Shown: in pieces, positions 36,267 to 45,813 of the stretch
Position numbering within the stretch: the first letter of the stretch is position 1
Layout: every line of letters begins with the position of its first letter
Assembly: GCA_964607375.1 (NCBI GenBank)
Contig: CAZSJY010000002.1
Location: forward strand, 1 to 61,766
Origin: an uncultured bacterium
GTDB lineage: Bacteria > Fidelibacterota > Marinisomatia > SCGC-AAA003-L08 > JACNLC01
Direction: 5' to 3'
DNA length: 61,766 nucleotides
Made by a program: the position numbers and the translations under genes
The notes under the pieces: model-generated
Seen by the model: only the letters and a program-made list of their open reading frames with translations
Told to the model about the DNA's origin: nothing
Database searches by the model: none

Positions 36267-37586
36267 GTGATAAATAAAAATTACAAAATTCAAACAGTTA
36301 GTTTTTATACTTTAGGATGTAAATTAAATCAAGCCGAAACGAATTCCCTTAGAACTCGATTTGTAGAGAAAGGTTATAAAGTAGTTCAATTTAAAACTCC
36401 AGCAGATTTAACCATTATCAATACTTGCACAGTTACCAATTCTGCAGATAGTAAAAGTCGGCAAATCATCCGAAATGCTATTAAATCTTCTCCTAGCGGA
36501 AGGATTATCGTAGTAGGTTGTTATTCTCAAGTCAACCCGAAAGAGCTGAGAAATATCGAAGGTGTTGATATGATTTTAGGAACTCACGAAAAGTACAAAA
36601 TATTCGATTTCCTAAACGAATTAGATGAAGGGAAATTGAATGAACCTTTAATTTATGTTGGTGATTCAGATGAGATTGAATCATACGATGAAACTCCGTT
36701 TATTTCGTCAACGGGGAGAACTCGAGCTTTCCTAAAAGTCCAAGAAGGATGTGATTACTTTTGTAGCTATTGCATCATTCCGTTTGCTCGAGGAAGAGCA
36801 AGAAGCAGAAAATTGAATGATTGTGTTAACGAATCTAAAAAGTTTGTTGACCAGGGATACAAAGAGGTTATTCTTACAGGAATTAATATCGGAACTTGGA
36901 ATGAAAATTCTCTGCGAATTAGTGATTTACTTGACAAGTTAAGCCAAATCAATGGACTCAGCAGAATTAGAGTTAGCTCCATTGAACCAAATACGGTTAC
37001 TACTGATTTACTCCATTTAGTTAATGAAAGGAAGAATATCTGTAATCATCTCCATATTCCTTTGCAAAGTGGATCAAACACTGTTTTAGAACGAATGGGG
37101 AGGAAATATAGAATTGATGAGTACATCCAGCTTTGTGATAGAATACAAAACATAGTTCCAAATATTGGATTGGGTACAGATATAATAACTGGTTTTCCTG
37201 GTGAGTCTGATAAAGAATTCCAGGAAACTATGGATTTTATTTCAAAATTCCCATTTTCATATCTTCATATTTTTAGGTATTCTGAGCGAAATGGAACTGT
37301 TGCATCTAAAATGCCATTCAAAATCGACCAAGAGTTAAAAAAGAAAAGAAGTAAGATCTTACATGAAATAGGGAAGAAGAAAAAGACTTCTTATGCTGAT
37401 AAATTCCAAAACTCTACACAAGAAGTTTTATTCGAAATGAGTAAAAATGGTTTTTCAACGGGAATGACTTCAAATTATATTCGTATTGGAGTATCATCAA
37501 GTCGTAACTTTACCAACACAATTCAATCAGTAAAATTGATTGAAAATTCGGAGTCATTCATAAAAGGGGAGATTATTTCAAAATGA
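36267..37586 (+). CDS. mtaB: tRNA ms2t6A37 methylthiotransferase (MiaB-like)
   Basis: It has the UPF0004 domain (LGCKLNQ, CTVT), the radical SAM motif CDYFCSYC, and a TRAM-like C-terminus. It starts at GTG. Confidence 0.75.
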   Translation: MINKNYKIQTVSFYTLGCKLNQAETNSLRTRFVEKGYKVVQFKTPADLTIINTCTVTNSADSKSRQIIRNAIKSSPSGRIIVVGCYSQVNPKELRNIEGVDMILGTHEKYKIFDFLNELDEGKLNEPLIYVGDSDEIESYDETPFISSTGRTRAFLKVQEGCDYFCSYCIIPFARGRARSRKLNDCVNESKKFVDQGYKEVILTGINIGTWNENSLRISDLLDKLSQINGLSRIRVSSIEPNTVTTDLLHLVNERKNICNHLHIPLQSGSNTVLERMGRKYRIDEYIQLCDRIQNIVPNIGLGTDIITGFPGESDKEFQETMDFISKFPFSYLHIFRYSERNGTVASKMPFKIDQELKKKRSKILHEIGKKKKTSYADKFQNSTQEVLFEMSKNGFSTGMTSNYIRIGVSSSRNFTNTIQSVKLIENSESFIKGEIISK

Positions 37587-38236
37587 GTGAATATTTCACT
37601 CGAAAAAATAAGAAACGAATCGTAATTTTTGCATCCGGTGGAGGGTCAAATTTCAAGTCCATCCACGCAAAAATTAAAGAAGGATTTATACAAGCTGAAG
37701 TAGTTTTAGTTGTCAGTAATAATCCGAAATGTGGTGCAATCGAGTATGCCAAATTGAACGGGATAACAACATTGATTTTGAATTCAATTAGATATCCCGA
37801 AAACAAAACGCGTAAAGAAATTTTATCTAGAGGATTGCTGAAATCGAAATGTGATTTGATTGTATTAGCCGGATATATGAAATTGATCCCAAAAGAAATC
37901 GTGAGAGAATATTCAGGTAAAATTATCAATATTCATCCTGCATTATTACCTGCTTTCGGTGGTAAAGGATTTTACGGGATGAATGTGCATAAAGCAGTAA
38001 TAAAATCTGGAGCTAAGTATTCTGGACCTACAGTTCATTTTGTCGATGAAGAATATGATAAAGGTTCGATAATAGCTCAGAAAATTGTTTCGGTTAATTC
38101 CGATGATACTCCTGAGGATTTAGCAAAACGAGTTCTTGTAGAAGAACATCAGATATATCCTGAAGTAGTTAAGGCATATTGTGAAAACAGAATTATGTTT
38201 AGTAAAAGTAAAACACCATGGATTGAGGAAATTTAA
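37583..38236 (+). CDS. purN: Phosphoribosylglycinamide formyltransferase
   Basis: Motifs FASGGGSN, VLAGYMKL, NIHPALLP and GPTVHFVDEEYDKG are present. Confidence 0.85.
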   Translation: MSEYFTRKNKKRIVIFASGGGSNFKSIHAKIKEGFIQAEVVLVVSNNPKCGAIEYAKLNGITTLILNSIRYPENKTRKEILSRGLLKSKCDLIVLAGYMKLIPKEIVREYSGKIINIHPALLPAFGGKGFYGMNVHKAVIKSGAKYSGPTVHFVDEEYDKGSIIAQKIVSVNSDDTPEDLAKRVLVEEHQIYPEVVKAYCENRIMFSKSKTPWIEEI

Positions 38237-39766
38237 GTGATAAAAAGAGCATTATTAAGTGTTTGGTTTAAAGATGGGATTGTTGAATTAGGAGAATTTC
38301 TTTCCAACTATGGAGTGGAATTGATTTCAACTGGAGGTACAAAAAAAGCACTAGAAGATGCAGGTTTGGATGTTACTCCAGTTTCTGACCTAACTGGTGC
38401 AGATTCTGTGATGGATGGTCGGGTTAAAACACTCGATCCCAAAATATTTGGTGGAATTTTAGCAGATAGAGAAAATGAATCTCATCTGTTTGATTTGAAA
38501 AATATTGGAGGTGAACAAATTGATTTAGTTGTTGTCAATTTTTATCCGTTTGTTCAAGAAGCTGTTGAGAAAGGTTTGGATTTCAGAAAAGCCATTGAGT
38601 TTATTGATATTGGTGGTCCATCGATGATTCGTGCTGCTGCTAAAAATTACCATTCAGTTATTCCATTGTGTGATCCGAAACTCTATAATGAGTTTATGAA
38701 AGACTATTCGGAAAATAACGGTCAAATTCCATTAAATATAAGACGGAATTATGCGATGTCTGTATTTTCCTTAACTTCAAAGTATGAAGCTGATATTTTT
38801 AATTATTTTGCACAAGATAATCAAAATTTATCTCAAGATGTAAGTATAAATTTGCAAAAATCTTTAGAATTGAGATACGGAGAAAATCCTCATCAAAAAG
38901 CTGCTTTTTATCTACCCCTTGGGAGTAAAGTACCTTGGGTTCAACATCATGGTAAAGTGCTTTCATTCAATAATTATGCTGATATGGAATCTGCAATAGC
39001 AATTGCGTTAGAATTTGATCAACCAGCTTGTAGTATTATCAAACATGCAAATCCTTGTGGGTTTGGAATCGGTGTATCACTTAAGGAAGCATATCTTAGG
39101 GCAGTTACTACGGATCCGGTTAGTTATTTTGGCGGAATCGTAGGGTTCAATTCTGAAGTTGATGAGGAAACTGCAATAGAATTAGCTAAACCATTTTTAG
39201 AATGTATTGTAGCACCATCTTTTTCTGAGGAAGCAAAGAATATTCTTCAGAAGAAAAAAAATCTTAGAATAATCACTATCACTCCAAATTATCAACCGGA
39301 CAAGTTTCGAATTAAATCTGTCGCAGGTGGATATTTATATCAGCAACAAGACTCAGATCAGAGTGAGTTAGGTAACCTTTCACCTGTAACTAATCGTAAA
39401 CCAACAAACTCAGAATTGACTGCAATGAAATTAGGCTGGTCATTGGTTAGATTTGTTAAGTCAAATGCGATTGTATTTGCAAATGAACATCAGCTTCTCG
39501 GAGTTGGAGCAGGTCAGATGTCAAGAGTGGATTCAGTCAAAATAGCAATTAGAAAAGCGAAAGAAGCAAGATTAAGTTTAGAAAATGCAATTGTAGCATC
39601 GGATGCTTTTTTTCCTTTTTCAGATAGTCTTGAACTCGTAAGTGAAGTTGGAATATCAGCAGTTATCCAACCAGGTGGCTCCATCAAGGATGCTGATGTA
39701 ATTAAAAAAGCCGATGAATTGAATTTATCGATGTGTTTTACTGGAATTAGACATTTTTATCATTAG
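38237..39766 (+). CDS. purH: Bifunctional AICAR transformylase / IMP cyclohydrolase
   Basis: The MGS-like N-domain reads ALLSVWFKDG...STGGT. The motifs IDIGGPSMIRAAAKN, KHANPCG and RHFYH are present. Confidence 0.9.
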   Translation: MIKRALLSVWFKDGIVELGEFLSNYGVELISTGGTKKALEDAGLDVTPVSDLTGADSVMDGRVKTLDPKIFGGILADRENESHLFDLKNIGGEQIDLVVVNFYPFVQEAVEKGLDFRKAIEFIDIGGPSMIRAAAKNYHSVIPLCDPKLYNEFMKDYSENNGQIPLNIRRNYAMSVFSLTSKYEADIFNYFAQDNQNLSQDVSINLQKSLELRYGENPHQKAAFYLPLGSKVPWVQHHGKVLSFNNYADMESAIAIALEFDQPACSIIKHANPCGFGIGVSLKEAYLRAVTTDPVSYFGGIVGFNSEVDEETAIELAKPFLECIVAPSFSEEAKNILQKKKNLRIITITPNYQPDKFRIKSVAGGYLYQQQDSDQSELGNLSPVTNRKPTNSELTAMKLGWSLVRFVKSNAIVFANEHQLLGVGAGQMSRVDSVKIAIRKAKEARLSLENAIVASDAFFPFSDSLELVSEVGISAVIQPGGSIKDADVIKKADELNLSMCFTGIRHFYH

Positions 39767-39774
39767 GAAAAATT

Positions 39775-40794
39775 ATGGCAAATATATCTCCAATCTCAAA
39801 ATTAACAAGTACTGATATCGCAATTGATCTTGGGACTGCGAATACTTTAATTTGGGTTAAAGACAGAGGTATCGTTATTGACGAGCCATCAATTGTAGCT
39901 AAAAGTGTAATTGATGGCAAAGTGTTTACCGTAGGAAACGAAGCTAATGCAATGGTTGGGAAAACTCACCACGATATTCAAACTGTAAGACCCCTTAAAG
40001 ATGGTGTAATTGCTGATTTCAAAATGGCAGATGGAATGTTGCACGGATTTATTCGTAAAATGAAACTGAGTAGAATATCTCGACCTAGAATGGTGATTTG
40101 CATACCGTCTGGTGTAACAGATGTTGAACGACGAGCTGTTCGGGATTCTGCTGAAAGAGCAAATGCAAGTGAAGTATATTTAATAGAAGAACCAATGGCA
40201 GCAGCAGTTGGAATTGGTATTGATATCAGTAAACCTGTAGGAAATATGATTGTTGATATAGGAGGTGGAACAACAGAAATTGCAGTTATTTCACTAAATG
40301 GTATAGTGGTAAAAGAAGCTGTTAGAATTGCTGGAGACGAGCAAGACGAAGCAATTATTGATTGGTTCAAAAATGAACACAAACTAGAAATAGGTCAAAG
40401 AACTGCGGAAACTATTAAGTGCAAAGTTGGATCTGCTATTAGAGAGAAAGGAACAAAAATTGCAGTAAAAGGTCGCGATATGGTTTCTGGAATCCCAAAA
40501 ACAATTGAGATTTCTTCAGATGAAATTCGGCAAGCTCTAACTGATACGATTTTCCAAATAACAACAGCTATTAAACACGCATTGGAGCGAACACCACCTG
40601 AATTATCTTCAGATATTATAGATTTTGGAATTATCTTGACTGGCGGTGGAGCTTTGTTAAGTGGTTTGGATCAGCATATCAGAAATAAAACCGGATTACC
40701 AGTTCATGTAGCAGAAGAACCACTACATTCTGTAGTTAAAGGGACGGGGAAAGTTTTAGAAGATATTAAGCGGTATAAAGGAATTCTAATTTAA
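39775..40794 (+). CDS. mreB: Rod shape-determining protein MreB
   Basis: The actin-fold motifs DLGTANT, EPMAAAVG and DIGGGTTE are present, and mreC and mreD lie downstream. Confidence 0.92.
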   Translation: MANISPISKLTSTDIAIDLGTANTLIWVKDRGIVIDEPSIVAKSVIDGKVFTVGNEANAMVGKTHHDIQTVRPLKDGVIADFKMADGMLHGFIRKMKLSRISRPRMVICIPSGVTDVERRAVRDSAERANASEVYLIEEPMAAAVGIGIDISKPVGNMIVDIGGGTTEIAVISLNGIVVKEAVRIAGDEQDEAIIDWFKNEHKLEIGQRTAETIKCKVGSAIREKGTKIAVKGRDMVSGIPKTIEISSDEIRQALTDTIFQITTAIKHALERTPPELSSDIIDFGIILTGGGALLSGLDQHIRNKTGLPVHVAEEPLHSVVKGTGKVLEDIKRYKGILI

Positions 40795-40798
40795 CAGA

Positions 40799-41575
40799 AT
40801 GAAACTTTCAAGTTTCGGTTACCCTCATAAAGACAGTATCGTTTTGTTTATTGCGATAATTGTTTCACTAATTTTATTTTTTTCAAATTCTTCATCAGGT
40901 GTTCGAGAAGTTCAAGCTGATATTTCCGACATAGTAGAAATAGCACTAAGTCCCCAAAAGTGGTATAAAGATATTTTAAAAGTTAAGAAGCAAAACCAAG
41001 TTCTCGCAGAACAAGTAACACAATTAACTTTACTCAATCAACGACTACTGCACTTTGAATTTGAGAATAACCATTTAAGAAATATGCTTGCCTTTGCAAA
41101 ATCATTACCTTTAAGCTTGAAACCTGCAAATGTAGTAAATCATCGTTTCGCTTCTTCTGTTCAAACTATAACTATTGATATTGGAAAGTTAGATCAACTT
41201 GTGCCAAACTTGGCTGTTATTGATATGAATGGATTACTAGGTAAAACGATTTCCATTGGAGAAAGTGCTTCAAATGTTCAGTTAATATCAGACAAAAATT
41301 TTAGAGTTTCAATTAGAGTTGGGGAAAATAGAACTTTAGGAATATTCCATCCAACACAAGGAAACTATGGAGTACTTTCAGGAATACCTAAGAGTACTAA
41401 TATCAAAATTGGGGATGATGTGGTTACATCAGGAATTTCTGATATTTACCCTCCAAATATTCCGGTAGCAAAAGTCATTTCTGTCAGTATTGAGGAAATT
41501 GAAGTATTTCTGAATGTTATTGTTAAATTAAATACAACTTTAAACAAGTTAGGTTATGTTTTTGTAATTCAATGA
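40799..41575 (+). CDS. mreC: Rod shape-determining protein MreC
   Basis: It has an N-terminal TM helix, a coiled coil and then beta domains. It sits between mreB and mreD. Confidence 0.8.
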   Translation: MKLSSFGYPHKDSIVLFIAIIVSLILFFSNSSSGVREVQADISDIVEIALSPQKWYKDILKVKKQNQVLAEQVTQLTLLNQRLLHFEFENNHLRNMLAFAKSLPLSLKPANVVNHRFASSVQTITIDIGKLDQLVPNLAVIDMNGLLGKTISIGESASNVQLISDKNFRVSIRVGENRTLGIFHPTQGNYGVLSGIPKSTNIKIGDDVVTSGISDIYPPNIPVAKVISVSIEEIEVFLNVIVKLNTTLNKLGYVFVIQ

Positions 41576-42057
41576 AATTAAAATCATATTTTAGATTATT
41601 TATACTTTTGATTATCACTACAGTTCTACAAGGGATATTTCCTGCTTTTTCGATAAGTGGAACTCTGATTACTCCGGATCTATTTCTTCTATTTTTGACT
41701 TATATAGCACTCAAACATGGAAGGTTTAGCTCAGTAACATTCGGGTTCAGCTTAGGATTAATTCAGGATTTCACTACTCAAATTGAGTTATTAGGAACAT
41801 TTAGTTTTGTTAAATCTATTGCTGGTTATGTATTGGGGACAATCTATAATTATGAAAGGATTTGGTCAAAACAAATTAGATGGTTAATAATAGTGTCTGC
41901 ATATTTCATGCACTTTTCAATATTGTACTTTGTAAAATTGAATGGAAGTTCAGTAACTGTTTTCCAAGGAGTATTATTGGTTTCTATACATTCTACAATT
42001 AATCTAATTTTGTTGTATTTATTGAACAAAATTCTGTTTGATTCAAAATTAGTATAG
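41572..42057 (+). CDS. mreD: Rod shape-determining protein MreD
   Basis: It is a polytopic 161-aa protein in the conserved operon position. Confidence 0.7.
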   Translation: MKLKSYFRLFILLIITTVLQGIFPAFSISGTLITPDLFLLFLTYIALKHGRFSSVTFGFSLGLIQDFTTQIELLGTFSFVKSIAGYVLGTIYNYERIWSKQIRWLIIVSAYFMHFSILYFVKLNGSSVTVFQGVLLVSIHSTINLILLYLLNKILFDSKLV

Positions 42058-42058
42058 T

Positions 42059-43831
42059 ATGGTTCGTAGTTATACTCAGGTTCCTCGAAGGAGAAAGACC
42101 GCGCTATTGACTATAGTTGCTATATCTTTTATCATTTTGTTTTATCGTTTTTACGATCTTCAAGTAAGACAATTTGATGAGAATTTTAACAGAGCTAGAG
42201 CAAATAGTATTCGTGAAATTAGCATAACTGCTCCTCGTGGGATAATTTACGATAGGAATGGAATTCCATTAGTTGATAATCGACCAACTTTTGATTTAAA
42301 AGTAATTCCAGTTGATGTAACAGATACTTTTGATTACAGCTTGTTATCGAAATCTATTAATTTCACTAAAGAGGAATTGCAGGCTAAGATAGCAGAAGCA
42401 AAACGAACAATAGCTAGTTTTCATCCAATGTTACTTAAACGACATGTAGATTTTGAAACAATGTCAATACTTGAAGAAAATAGACTCAAATTACCCGGAT
42501 TAATGTTTTCAAGGTTGCCTGCTCGAATTTATCCAAGTGAAGTAAGAATGACTCATGCTCTTGGTTATTTACGAACTGTTACAGAAAATATTATTTCAAA
42601 ATCTGATAAACATCTAAACTATAAATTGGATGATGTTTATGGAGCTTCAGGGCTGGAAAAGATTTACGAAAATAGTTTACGAGGGAAAGACGGATTGGAA
42701 TACCATTTAGTAGATAGTTATGGTCGTGATAGAGGATTAACTTCATACGAAAATAATCAATCAATCATTCCAGGTCATGAATTACACTTGACAATTGATG
42801 CTAGGATACAACTTCTATCCGAAAATCTACTTAGGGGGAAAAAAGGCGGAATAATATGTTGCGATCCTATAAGCGGAGAAGTTCTCTCTTTTGTCAGTAT
42901 GCCAGATTACGACTTAACATCATTTGTTGGACCTATACCAAATGAGCTTTGGAATGATTGGAATGCAAATCCTGAAATACCGTTGATGAATCGAATACTA
43001 AACGGTACATATCCTCCGGGTTCTTCATTCAAATTACTGTCATCAATCTATGCACTGGAAACAGAATTGGTGGATAAAAATTGGAAAGTAAATTGTACAG
43101 GAGCATATCGATTTGGTAACAGATATTATCATTGTTGGAATCCAGCAGGTCATGGTGCAGTAAATTTAAAAGAAGCAATTAAATATTCTTGCAATATCTA
43201 CTTTTATCAATTGATACAGCAGATATCATTTGAAAATTGGTCATCTACTATCAAACAATTTGGATTTGGTAACCGTACAAACATTGATTTACCTTCTGAA
43301 GCAAAAGGTATTGTTCCAACTAAGGAATATATGGACAATAAATACACAAGCAGAGGTTGGGCGTTTGGAAATTTGTTAAGTTTTGTTATTGGACAGGGTG
43401 ATGTGTTAGTAACTCCTGTTCAAATGGTACAAATGATCAATCTTATTGCAACAAGTGGCCAAACTTATTCACCTCATCTAAATAGAAGTTGTCAAAAGAA
43501 ACCAGTTGCTCTTTCTTATAAATCTTCGACTTGGAAATATATTAAAGAAGCAATGTACGATGTTGTAAATGGAGAAAATGGAACAGGAAAGAATGCTAGA
43601 ATTACAGAAAATGGTATTGCATTTGGAAAAACAGGAACTGCTCAAAATCCACATGGTGAAGATCACTCGTGGTTTACAGGATATGTAAAAGCATATAACG
43701 GTAAAATGATGAGTTTAGCTATTCTTGTAGAAAACGGAGGAAAAGGTTCTAAAACTGCTGCTCCTATTGCGAAGGAGTTGTTTCAGTTATTTGCAGATAT
43801 CCAAAAGAATAGTGAATTAAATGTTCAGTAA
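42059..43831 (+). CDS. mrdA: Penicillin-binding protein 2 (elongasome transpeptidase)
   Basis: The motifs SSFK, KYSCN (SxN) and KTGTA are present, and the gene is followed by rodA. Confidence 0.85.
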   Translation: MVRSYTQVPRRRKTALLTIVAISFIILFYRFYDLQVRQFDENFNRARANSIREISITAPRGIIYDRNGIPLVDNRPTFDLKVIPVDVTDTFDYSLLSKSINFTKEELQAKIAEAKRTIASFHPMLLKRHVDFETMSILEENRLKLPGLMFSRLPARIYPSEVRMTHALGYLRTVTENIISKSDKHLNYKLDDVYGASGLEKIYENSLRGKDGLEYHLVDSYGRDRGLTSYENNQSIIPGHELHLTIDARIQLLSENLLRGKKGGIICCDPISGEVLSFVSMPDYDLTSFVGPIPNELWNDWNANPEIPLMNRILNGTYPPGSSFKLLSSIYALETELVDKNWKVNCTGAYRFGNRYYHCWNPAGHGAVNLKEAIKYSCNIYFYQLIQQISFENWSSTIKQFGFGNRTNIDLPSEAKGIVPTKEYMDNKYTSRGWAFGNLLSFVIGQGDVLVTPVQMVQMINLIATSGQTYSPHLNRSCQKKPVALSYKSSTWKYIKEAMYDVVNGENGTGKNARITENGIAFGKTGTAQNPHGEDHSWFTGYVKAYNGKMMSLAILVENGGKGSKTAAPIAKELFQLFADIQKNSELNVQ

Positions 43832-45044
43832 GTTTTTTCATAATCAACCTAATTTTAGTATCAAATGGCGAATAGTATTTCCTGTAATTTTGTTATGTAG
43901 TATCAGTTTATTACTTCTGAATAGCACTAGTCAAAACCAAATGTTTCTTGGATCAACTCTATCTAAACAACTTGTTTGGCTTGGAATAGGAATACTGTTA
44001 TTTTTTGCTATACAAACTTTAAAAACTCAGATATTCTATGAGTACGCATACATTTTCTTTGGATTATTGATAATTGCATTGGCTGTAACTTATTTTATGC
44101 CGGTAGTTGGTGGCGCATCCAGATGGATTGTTCTTGGTCCAATTCGATTTCAACCATCTGAAATGGGTAAATTGATTGTTGTATTTGCTGTATCTAAGTT
44201 TCTATCTGATCAGCATGAGCATTTAAATCCACTAAAAGTTATCCCTATTTCAATAGGAATTGCGATTCTTCCTGCAATAATGGTATTTCGCCAACCGGAT
44301 TTAGGTACAGCAATTATTTACCTAGCAACTGTTATTCCTTTATTGTTTTGGGCTGGGATTCGACCTTATTATTTGTTTATTGTGTTTGCTCCAGTTGTTA
44401 GTATTTTAGCGGCATTTCATTTAGTTTCATTTTATCTTTGGATGGGAGTAGTTATAATTGTTTTGGTTGCAAGTCAACCAAAATTATGGATTGGTGTTGG
44501 AAATTTCTTGCTAAATATTGCATTTGGTACATTGTCAACAATAATTTGGAATAAACTGTATGACCATCAACAAGATAGAATTCTCACATTTCTTGATCCG
44601 TTTAGAGATCCCAGAGGAGCAGGATATCAGATTATACAATCAATAACTGCAATTGGTTCAGGTGGTATATTTGGCAAAGGATATGGAGAAGGTACTCAGA
44701 CTCATCTACGTTTCTTGCCTGTAAGTGATACAGATTTTATAATGTCTGTAGCAGGTGAAGAATTTGGTTTATTTGGGATTTTATTTGTCCTGATACTTTT
44801 TTTTGTTTTAATCTATTGGTTGGTGGTTTCAGCTCGTAGAGTTCATAATCGTTTTGCCAGTTTATCAATTATAGGATTTACTTCCATCCTTTTTGTTCAC
44901 ACTATAGTTAATATTGGTATGACGATTGGATTAGTTCCTGTTACAGGTTTGCCTGTCCCATTTATTAGTTATGGTGGTTCTTTTCTGCTAACAACAGTAG
45001 CTATCATTGCTTTGTCAAATAACATTCTAAATTACGATATTTAA
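43821..45044 (+). CDS. rodA: Rod shape-determining SEDS protein RodA
   Basis: The SEDS/FtsW-RodA family pattern is present (RFQPSEMGKL, QPDLGTA, TDFIMSV, GLPVPFISYGGS). Confidence 0.85.
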   Translation: MFSKFFHNQPNFSIKWRIVFPVILLCSISLLLLNSTSQNQMFLGSTLSKQLVWLGIGILLFFAIQTLKTQIFYEYAYIFFGLLIIALAVTYFMPVVGGASRWIVLGPIRFQPSEMGKLIVVFAVSKFLSDQHEHLNPLKVIPISIGIAILPAIMVFRQPDLGTAIIYLATVIPLLFWAGIRPYYLFIVFAPVVSILAAFHLVSFYLWMGVVIIVLVASQPKLWIGVGNFLLNIAFGTLSTIIWNKLYDHQQDRILTFLDPFRDPRGAGYQIIQSITAIGSGGIFGKGYGEGTQTHLRFLPVSDTDFIMSVAGEEFGLFGILFVLILFFVLIYWLVVSARRVHNRFASLSIIGFTSILFVHTIVNIGMTIGLVPVTGLPVPFISYGGSFLLTTVAIIALSNNILNYDI

Positions 45045-45146
45045 TAGTTGTAATTCCCTATCATTTCAAAATTACTAAATTACTTTGTAACGATATGCTT
45101 TTTGGGGTAAATTTCTAGGCTAATTATTGAGGTATATTTAGAAGAG

Positions 45147-45803
45147 ATGATTATTGCAATCGATGGTCCAGCTGCGTCTGGGAAAAGTACAACTGCAAAA
45201 AAAATAGCTGACCAATTGAATTTTGTTCATATTGATACAGGTGCTATGTATCGAGCAGTAACTCTATATTTTTTATCTCATAATGTTGAATTAGGAAATC
45301 AATCAGATGTTAGTATGCATTTGCAAAAGTTAAATCTGAACATTGATTCAGATAAAAGAATTTTTGTTAACAGTATAGATGTAACTGGTGACATTAGAAA
45401 AAATGTAGTTAATAGTTATGTTAGTCAAGTGAGTTCAATTTTCGAGGTTCGCGAAAAGATGGTTGAGATTCAAAGAAGAATGGCTGAAGATCAAGATGTA
45501 GTAATGGAAGGTAGGGATATCGGAACTCGGGTATTCCCAAGTGCAGATTTTAAATTTTTCATTATTGCTGATGCAAAAGAAAGAGGAATCAGAAGGTTAA
45601 AAGAACTTGAAAATCAAGGTGAAACTATTGATTTAGAATCAGTTATTTCTGGAATTGAAAAACGGGATAGAATAGATTCTTCGCGGGAATATTCACCGCT
45701 ACTAAAAGCAGATGATGCAATAGTTATTGATACAACAAATTTGTCAATCGATGAGCAGGTTAAGGAAATCATCGATATTATAAAAACACAAAACAAGGAG
45801 TAA
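45147..45803 (+). CDS. cmk: Cytidylate kinase
   Basis: The motifs IAIDGPAASGKST, DTGAMYR and GRDIGT are present. The cmk-rpsA synteny is conserved. Confidence 0.88.
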   Translation: MIIAIDGPAASGKSTTAKKIADQLNFVHIDTGAMYRAVTLYFLSHNVELGNQSDVSMHLQKLNLNIDSDKRIFVNSIDVTGDIRKNVVNSYVSQVSSIFEVREKMVEIQRRMAEDQDVVMEGRDIGTRVFPSADFKFFIIADAKERGIRRLKELENQGETIDLESVISGIEKRDRIDSSREYSPLLKADDAIVIDTTNLSIDEQVKEIIDIIKTQNKE

Positions 45804-45813
45804 AACTCAGAAA

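Noticed and set aside
37573-40382. Antisense track ORFs were examined, for example 37573-37929 and 39978-40382. Similar cases are 8537-8926, 20807-21178, 26275-26616, 47806-48340, 50049-50423 and 58746-59138.
   Set aside because: Each lies entirely opposite a strongly supported conserved gene (purN, mreB, miaB, gpmI, rpsA and others). Their translations are low-complexity and typical of antisense frames in AT-rich DNA.
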